Shown here: positions 55,978 to 64,000 of the stretch, one piece after another
Numbering within the stretch: the first letter of the stretch is position 1
Layout of the letters: every line of letters begins with the position of its first letter
From: Octopus vulgaris
Taxonomy: Eukaryota
Reading direction: 5' to 3'
Length of the DNA: 64,000 nt
Assembly (NCBI GenBank): GCA_951406725.2
Contig: OX597831.1
Coordinates: 78,306,001 to 78,370,000 of the forward strand
The notes under the pieces: generated by a model
The model's input: only the letters and a program-made list of their open reading frames with translations
What the model was told of the DNA's origin: nothing
Databases searched by the model: none
Translations under genes and position numbers: made by a program

Positions 55978-56420
55978 GCACATATATATATATATGGTGG
56001 TGGTGGTGGTGGTGGCGGCGGCGGTGGTGGTGGTGGTGGTGGTGTCGGTGGTGGTAGTGGTGGTGGTGGTGGTGGTAGTGGTGGTGGCGGTGGTGGTGGT
56101 AGTGGTGTTGGTGATGGTGGTGTTGGTGGTGGTGGCGGGTGTGGTGATAGTATTCGTGACGGCGCTGATAATTCTGCAACAAAAAGTACCATTACTTCTG
56201 AGATGGTGGCGTCTCTGGTAGTTGTTATGGTAACGGTGCTCGTGTTTATAATGTTATAGATGAAGCCAACGGTGGTGGTGGTGGTGGTGGTGGTGGTGGT
56301 GGTGATGATGATAGTAGCGGTTACTATGGTGATGATGGAGATAGTCATAGTTTGTGTGAGTGAAGGTGCTTGTAAGAGAGAATAGAGTTGTAGCAATGAT
56401 GATGATTATGTTGATATCGA

Positions 56421-57188
56421 AGGCGGCGAGGTGGCAGAAACGTTAGCGCGCCGGGCGAAATGCGTAGCGGTATTTCGTCTGGCGCAACGTTGTGAGTTCA
56501 AATTCCGCTGAGGTCGACTTTGCCTTTCATCCTTTCGGGTTCGATAAATTAAGTACCAGTTACGCACTGGGGTCGATGTAATCGACTTAATACCTATGTC
56601 TGTCCTTGTTTGTCCCCTCTGTGTTTAGCCCCTTGTGGGTAGTAAAGAAATAGGTATTTCGTATGCCGTTACGTTCTGAGTTGAAATTCCACCAAGGTCG
56701 ACTTTGCCTTTCATCCTTTCGGGGTCGATAAATTAAGTACCAGTTACGCACTGGGGTCGATGTAATCGACTTAATACCTATGTCTGTCCTTGTTTGTCCC
56801 CTCTGTGTTTAGCCCCTTGTGGGTAGTAAAGAAATAGGTATTTCGTATGCCGTTACGTTCTGAGTTGAAATTCCACCAAGGTCGACTTTGCCTTTCATCC
56901 TTTCGGATTCGATAAATTAAGTACCAGTTACGCACTGGGGTCGATGTAATCGACTTAATACCTATGTCTGTCCTTGTTTGTCCCCTCTGTGTTTAGCCCC
57001 TTGTGGGTAATAAAGAAATAGGTATTTCGTATGCCGTTACGTTCTGAGTTGAAATTCCACCAAGGTCGACTTTGCCTTTCATCCTTTCGGGGTCGATAAA
57101 TTAAGTACCAGTTACGCACGGGCCTCGATGTAATCGACTGAATCCGTTTGTCTGTCCTTGTTTGTCCTCTCTGTGTTTAGCCCCTTGT
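56421..57188 (+). repeat. head-to-tail array of family-A SINE, four 184-bp units
   Basis: GGTATTTCG recurs at 56469, 56653, 56837 and 57021. Confidence 0.95.
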
Positions 57189-57224
57189 GTGTGTGGAGAG
57201 AGAGAGAGAGAGGGGGGTGATGAG

Positions 57225-57609
57225 TGTAGTGAGTTAGCATTTTGGGTGTTGTACCAAGTGCACCCATTACTACAGGAATAACTATTGCCTTCATCTTTCA
57301 CAGTCTCCTCAGTTCACTGGCAACCTCCTCATCTCTCTCAATTTTTTTTTCCATTTCTTTTGTATGAACTCTTAAGGAACTGCAAAATCTATTATTATAG
57401 GTTCTTTATTTTGCCTTCTATGATCATTATCGGATCTTGCTTCGATAGTTCGGTAAGCTTGTAATTCTCCTTTTCTAACACAGCCACTTGTCGCTTTGAA
57501 ACCATACACTTGGCTAACATCCCAATTCAATCTTTTGCTTACATAATCATGTCTTCGCTTATTTTTCATTTTGCGTTAGTATACTCACTCAAAGCTGATT
57601 CATACTTTC

Positions 57610-57611
<2 letters not shown>
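57225..57611 (-). mobile_element. degenerate R4/Dong-type RLE fragment
   Basis: KRRHDYV...RTIEAR...IIDFAVP...VIPVVMGALG; abuts (TTA)n. Confidence 0.65.
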
Positions 57612-57671
<60 letters not shown>

Positions 57672-57905
57672 TTTTCTTCCTTTTTTTTCTTCTTTCAAAT
57701 TTGCTTCCATTTCTTGCCGAGTGTCTTCCCGACTCCTAGGGCAAAGAAACTCATAGTATACATTTGTAGGCCATTAAACTAAACTCACTAGTTCGTTCAT
57801 TTCTTTTTTTTAAGTTAAATTAAAATACATGGGTAGTAATAGTTCTCACATCGACAATGCTCTTCTCAATACGTGTGATGTACCAGTTAAGACAATCTTT
57901 TGCAC

Positions 57906-57906
<1 letters not shown>
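57672..57906 (-). mobile_element. R4/Dong-type extreme 3' end
   Basis: VQKIVLTGTSHVLRRALSM* plus 3'UTR, with (TTA)n on both sides. Confidence 0.75.
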
Positions 57907-57967
<61 letters not shown>

Positions 57968-57973
57968 ATTATT

Positions 57974-58422
57974 AAGTAGTTTTATTTTTATAGCGTGCTT
58001 TCACTTCACTACCGAGCGCAGCTCTGTGTGCCTTGGTTATGTGCTGTGATTTGTTGTGATGCTCTGGTGGTTACTGTATTGAAAGTGTTCTACGTAGGAT
58101 GTGTGCAGTGCCCAGTAGTGCAATTTTCTGTATGTTATATATATTTGTAAGTCCTGGTGTTTTTGTTATGTATTTATCTGAATATTTTCTTATCATGCCT
58201 AATGCACCTACTATGATAGGAATTGTCTCTGTTTTTTGATTCCACATTCGAGTTACCTCTATTTCCAGGTCTTTGTATTTTGAAAGTTTTTCCATTTCTT
58301 TTAGAAATGGTATTAATACATCAATTAGAAAGCATTGTTTTTCTTCATGATCTCTGACAACTATATCTGGCATATTGGCATTAATTTCTCTATCTGTGTG
58401 TATCGGTCCATATCCCAGAATA
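57974..58422 (-). mobile_element. R4/Dong-type RLE 3' fragment
   Basis: PIHTDREINANMPDIVVRD..CFLIDV..EKLSKYKDLEIEVTRMW..IPIIVGALG..QKIALLGTAHILRR; (TTA)n on both sides. Confidence 0.9.
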
Positions 58423-58425
58423 TTA

Positions 58426-58517
<92 letters not shown>

Positions 58518-58678
58518 GCTATTATTATTAATTTTTGATAGTGTTGTACAAAGATAACTTTCATTGCTGTTACTGTTAAACGTTTCGTTGTTATCGCTTG
58601 CATTGTTGCTGTTGTTGTTGTTGTTGTTGTTGCTGTTGTTTTCTTTGTTGTTGCTTCTTTTCTCACTACATTCATCAC

Positions 58679-58715
<37 letters not shown>

Positions 58716-59619
58716 ACACACATACACACCGAAACGTAGACAGATTCAATCCGCCCTCAATTTACCCCCGTCCCACCCTTTCCTTCCCACCCTTTCCTTT
58801 CCACCAGTCTGTGTATGATGTCAAAGCAGACATGTGTTGAATTATTTTTGTTGTTGTCATTATTGTCGTTGTTGCTGTGGCTATTGTTGTTGTTGTTGTT
58901 GTTGATGTTTTCCTCCTCCCACACACACACCATGCCCACCGCCTTCACAGATACGACAGTCCAATCCGATCTCAACCCCTCCGTCCTCCACACACACACA
59001 CACCACATCCTAACTTCTTCTCTTCCGCTCTCCCAGCCTTCCCGTCAGCCCCCGCGCATGATGTCACAATGGACAAACGTTGAGAGTTTATCAGACGTCG
59101 CCACAATTGCCGTCATGTGACTAAACCAGCAATATAACTAATGAAATAGCATACACACAGCCACAGACACACACACACATACACACACCTACACAAAACC
59201 ACTTACACATACGCATATCAAATTTGTTCAATCCGATAGGCGAGGGATCAAATCCAATCATAAAAGCTTTATTTTTATTTCTTGATGTATCATGCGTGTG
59301 TATGTGCTTCTGTGTATGTAAGTTTGATTGGGGGGGGGGGGGTTGTGAAGGTGCAAAACCTCGTGATTAGTATGTCACTCTCCTGATAGCGAGGTCGTAG
59401 TTTCGATTCTCCGTACATGCTGGAACACCAACTTAAAGGGTTTTCAAGCGAAGAAATCGGCCCCAGCACTCATTTTTCTTAAGCCTAGTATTTGTTCTAT
59501 CCGTGTCTTTAGCTGAACCGCTAAATTGCGGAACATAGACTCAGCAGCATCGGTCGTCAAGCGATGGCAGTCACAAACACAGACACAAATATTCAGATAA
59601 ATACTTAACAAAAACACCA

Positions 59620-61150
59620 GGACGATGTGAGCATGGGGTCATATGATGGGGCAGGCATTTGCGATCTTATTGGATTTTTTCTCCTAGATACCTTAGGTAA
59701 GACATTCCCTAACGTACATTTTGCCATCTACAAAGATGATGCCCTCGCCTTAACAGCTAATACATATGGACCAGCACAAGATCGTTTTAGGAAGGATATT
59801 ATCCAGTTAATGAAATACTTCGGACTTAGTATAACTATAGATACTAACCTGACGGTTGTCAATTTCTTAGACGTTTCCTTAGATCTTAATAAGAATATTT
59901 ATAAGCCTTATAGGAAGCCCAATGATAGACTAAGTTATATTAATGTAGGTTCATGCCATCCCCCTATAGTATTCAAGAATTTAGTTTAAAATATTAGTAA
60001 GATAATTTCTAGCCTCTCCTCTGATAAGGACATTTTCAATAGCGTTGCCCCAGTTTATAATAAGGCTTTAAAAGATAGTGGTTTTAGCGAAAAAATAAAA
60101 TATACACCCGTTACTAGCCCAACAGTAAGGAAAAGGAATAATAGAAATAGGAAGGTCATCTGGTTTACACCCCCTTACTCACCCGAGGTGGCCTTCAATA
60201 TAGGTAAATATTTCCTAGCACTGATAGATAGACATTTTCCAGTTAACCATACTTATAGGAAACTCTTCAATAGACACAATTTAAAAATTAGTTTTAGTTC
60301 CACTACCAATTTTAAAAACATAATCAAACATAACATACAAAAAACACAACAAGAAAACAGCTGTTCATGCAGGAATAAAGAATTGTGCCCGCTAAATGGA
60401 GCTTGCATGTCCAAGACCATCATATATGAAGCTACCGTAGACTCTATAACCACTAAAGACACCGTTTCGACGAAGAAATACGTGAGCTTTTCAAGGCCAG
60501 GTTCAATAACCACACTTTGAGCTTTAGGCACTGGCACAAAAGAAAAGCGACACAATTATCTAATCATTTTTGGTCTTTAAGAGATAAAGGTATCGATTAT
60601 AACATACTTTGGAAGATTTTGGCCAAATGTAAGCCCTATACCAACGGCCACGGAAGGTGCGGTCTATGCGACATGTAGAGATGACTTATCTGGAAAAGCA
60701 GCTTAGACCCTACTACATGTCTAAACTCAAGGACAGAGCTTTTCGGATCATGCCCATGTGGGACTAAATTTCTGTTACGTTTTTGGTCCCCTAAAGAAAA
60801 CAGATAGAACATGCTTTCTATGTTATGTCCCAAGGTTTTTTTTTACCTCATCATACCTTCTATCATATATTCTTTATATATATTTTATATATATATTTTA
60901 TATATTTTTTATATATTTTTTATGTATTTTTATATAATTTTTTATGGCGAAAAATGCGAGTGAAGATGTGTACGTTTACATAGCGATGTATAAGTACGCA
61001 GGCAAGCAGAGATATAACACAGTAATTTCCCTTTGTATAACGGTATTTTTTCATAGCGTTTTCAAATAGCCAGATAACCGAAGAGATGGCGTTGTGGATT
61101 CCCATTTCGGCATCTGAAACTCAGAGTTTTATCTTGACTATCGAGTAATG
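59620..61150 (+). mobile_element. Penelope-like element, 5'-truncated (RT, Cys linker, GIY-YIG remnants, hammerhead 3' end)
   Basis: MGSYDGA..CDLIG...IYKDDAL...VNFLDVSLDL...YRKPN..YIN..SCHPP; IWFTPPY; CSCRNKELCPLNGAC..IIYEATV; decayed HHR at 61072-61134; then (TA)n. Confidence 0.92.
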
Positions 61151-61151
61151 C

Positions 61152-61193
<42 letters not shown>

Positions 61194-61200
61194 TATATAC

Positions 61201-61333
<133 letters not shown>

Positions 61334-61334
61334 C

Positions 61335-61419
<85 letters not shown>

Positions 61420-61425
61420 TATATA

Positions 61426-61587
61426 CGACGGGCTTCTTTCAGTTATCATGTATAAAATCCACTCAGAAGAATTTGGTCGGCGCAAGGCTATAGTAGAAGA
61501 CACTTGCTTGAGATGACACGCGCACTCACTGAATCCGGAACCATGTGGTTGAGAAGCACGCTTCTTACCACACAGCCACGTCTGCAT
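61426..61587 (-). mobile_element. family-B SINE 5' part
   Basis: Reverse complement of the 49761-49925 type sequence. Confidence 0.75.
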
Positions 61588-61600
61588 CTCTCTCTCACTT

Positions 61601-61668
<68 letters not shown>

Positions 61669-61692
61669 ATAAATATATAGGCCATTGCGCCT

Positions 61693-61732
<40 letters not shown>

Positions 61733-62062
61733 ACATATATAAATTAATTCAATAGCGAGATTATATTTTAGTCTCATTAAAGGCAGTTATTCAAGGGATT
61801 GGTTAAGGGTGAAACTATTTGTAGTAGTGTATCCAAAAGAAATTCTGCTGTTCCTGTAAAAATTCACCACTTTTGTATTGAGTTCGTTCTTGTTCCAAAT
61901 AATTTTATTACCGTTAAGTAAATGTGTGAATATATTCATATACACATACATACATATACAAGCAGAGAGAGAGAGGGGGATAAACGGGGGAGAAAAGGGG
62001 AGAACGAAAGCGCGAGCAACAACGACAGAGACGGAAAAAGAAGGAGATCAATAAAGATAGAC

Positions 62063-62097
<35 letters not shown>

Positions 62098-62179
62098 GAG
62101 AGAGAGAGAGGGAGATGGAGGGAGAGAAAAGTATTTCGACTGGGAACACTATTATGCAGATATGTACGTTAACAAGTAG

Positions 62180-62552
<373 letters not shown>

Positions 62553-62779
62553 CACAGATGTATGATAGTCCAAGACTGGAAAAACGAGAGAAAGTGAGAG
62601 AGTAGGATTGAGAGAGAAAGGAAAAGGAAGAGAAAGAAAGAAAGACAGAAAGAAAGAAAGAGAACAATAGACAATATTACGAAATGCAAAATTGAAAATT
62701 AAATAAGATAGACAAACACATATATAGATACATATATAGAGTAGAGGAAGACAGAAGCAGAAGGAAAGGTCACACACAC

Positions 62780-62813
<34 letters not shown>

Positions 62814-63095
62814 GCATACATACATAGAGGCAGAGAGAGGGAGACGGAGAGGGAGAGACAGACAACAAAGCTTGATGAAGTAAAAAAAGAAGACAAGCTG
62901 AGAAAAAAGTGGGAAGTTTATAGGCGTGCACTGTCTCACCCACACATAGCAATGGAGTTCAGGTAATTTTCTCACCTGTGTATAGTCGTGTAGGTTTTGG
63001 TGTGTGTGTGTGTGTGTGTATGTGTGTATGAGTGTGTGTACGTGGGCATGTATATATATATATATGCATATATATTATCGCATATATATATATAT

Positions 63096-63144
<49 letters not shown>

Positions 63145-63222
63145 GTATACGATATATACTTGTATATATACTATATATACTTGTATATATATATACACTC
63201 ATTCACTTATGCATATGCATAA

Positions 63223-63262
<40 letters not shown>

Positions 63263-63455
63263 GTATATGCATATATATGTATGTATATCTGTTTGGATAT
63301 ATTTATATATATATACACACATACATACATAAATACATTCATACATATACATACATACATATACATATATCTGTGTATATATGTATGAATGCTCCCTTTG
63401 ATATGTAGATATCCATGTAAACACATATATATATACAAACATATATATGGATATG

Positions 63456-63506
<51 letters not shown>

Positions 63507-63833
63507 TTATACGTATCTATGTGTTCTATTTTTCTGTTTTTTGTCTGTCTTTCTTTTGTCTATTTTTTTCTTAGAATTGTTTAGGGCAATGCTTCACCAG
63601 GCGTCCGTTTATGGTAATTTTACTGTTTTTATTATGGAAGTGGCACATACGGTTGAGTATGAGGCTATTAAGTTACCTTCCTCTGGGTCCTCACTTGAAA
63701 TTCCCTCTCCCCCCACCATAGCCCGGTGGATTTGGACATTGTCTTTCACACCTCTGTGGTCTGTAAAAAATGTACCTAAATATTCGTCCGTGTGCTTGTG
63801 TATAGAAATATATACGCGCAAACACTCAGGTAC

Positions 63834-63875
<42 letters not shown>

Positions 63876-64000
63876 CTACTTACATCTAAAATGCATGCAT
63901 ATGTGTTCGTATGTTGTGTATGTGAATAATATGTGTGTGTGTTTTTTTATATATGGATATATTACATATTCAAGTTGATATATATATATATATACTTGCA

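Noticed and set aside
56421-57188. Regular repeat array as a CRISPR or satellite candidate
   Set aside because: Units are whole SINE bodies with no unique spacers, in a eukaryotic context
58815-59120. 101-aa ORF with a hydrophobic signal-like N-terminus
   Set aside because: The Leu run comes from a (TTG)n microsatellite and no domain is recognisable

Overview
AT-rich, microsatellite-saturated eukaryotic (animal) DNA. The repeat style (tRNA-headed SINEs, huge (TA)n/(TAA)n/(GATA)n arrays) fits an octopus-type cephalopod genome, which is an inference. I recognise no host protein-coding gene, and nearly all ORFs in the track are microsatellite translations. The real content is retroelement debris: Penelope-like elements (PLEs; RT and GIY-YIG fragments), R4/Dong-type RLE fragments in (TAA)n, a Tx1/L1-type fragment in (GATA)n, RTE and CR1 3' ends, at least four SINE families and a Helentron-type non-autonomous element. 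An ~8.7 kb block (11398-20050) is repeated after a 100-N gap (20151-28868) and is probably a haplotype/assembly duplication. The most striking signal is about 17 type-I hammerhead ribozyme motifs outside the duplicate, roughly half with intact cores. They belong to many sequence-unrelated families and mostly carry self-complementary stem-III segments (dimer-type). They sit in short cassettes near or between (TA)n tracts, several are folded back into long inverted repeats, and three lie directly downstream of PLE coding remnants. All structures were read by eye and none has been computed or tested.
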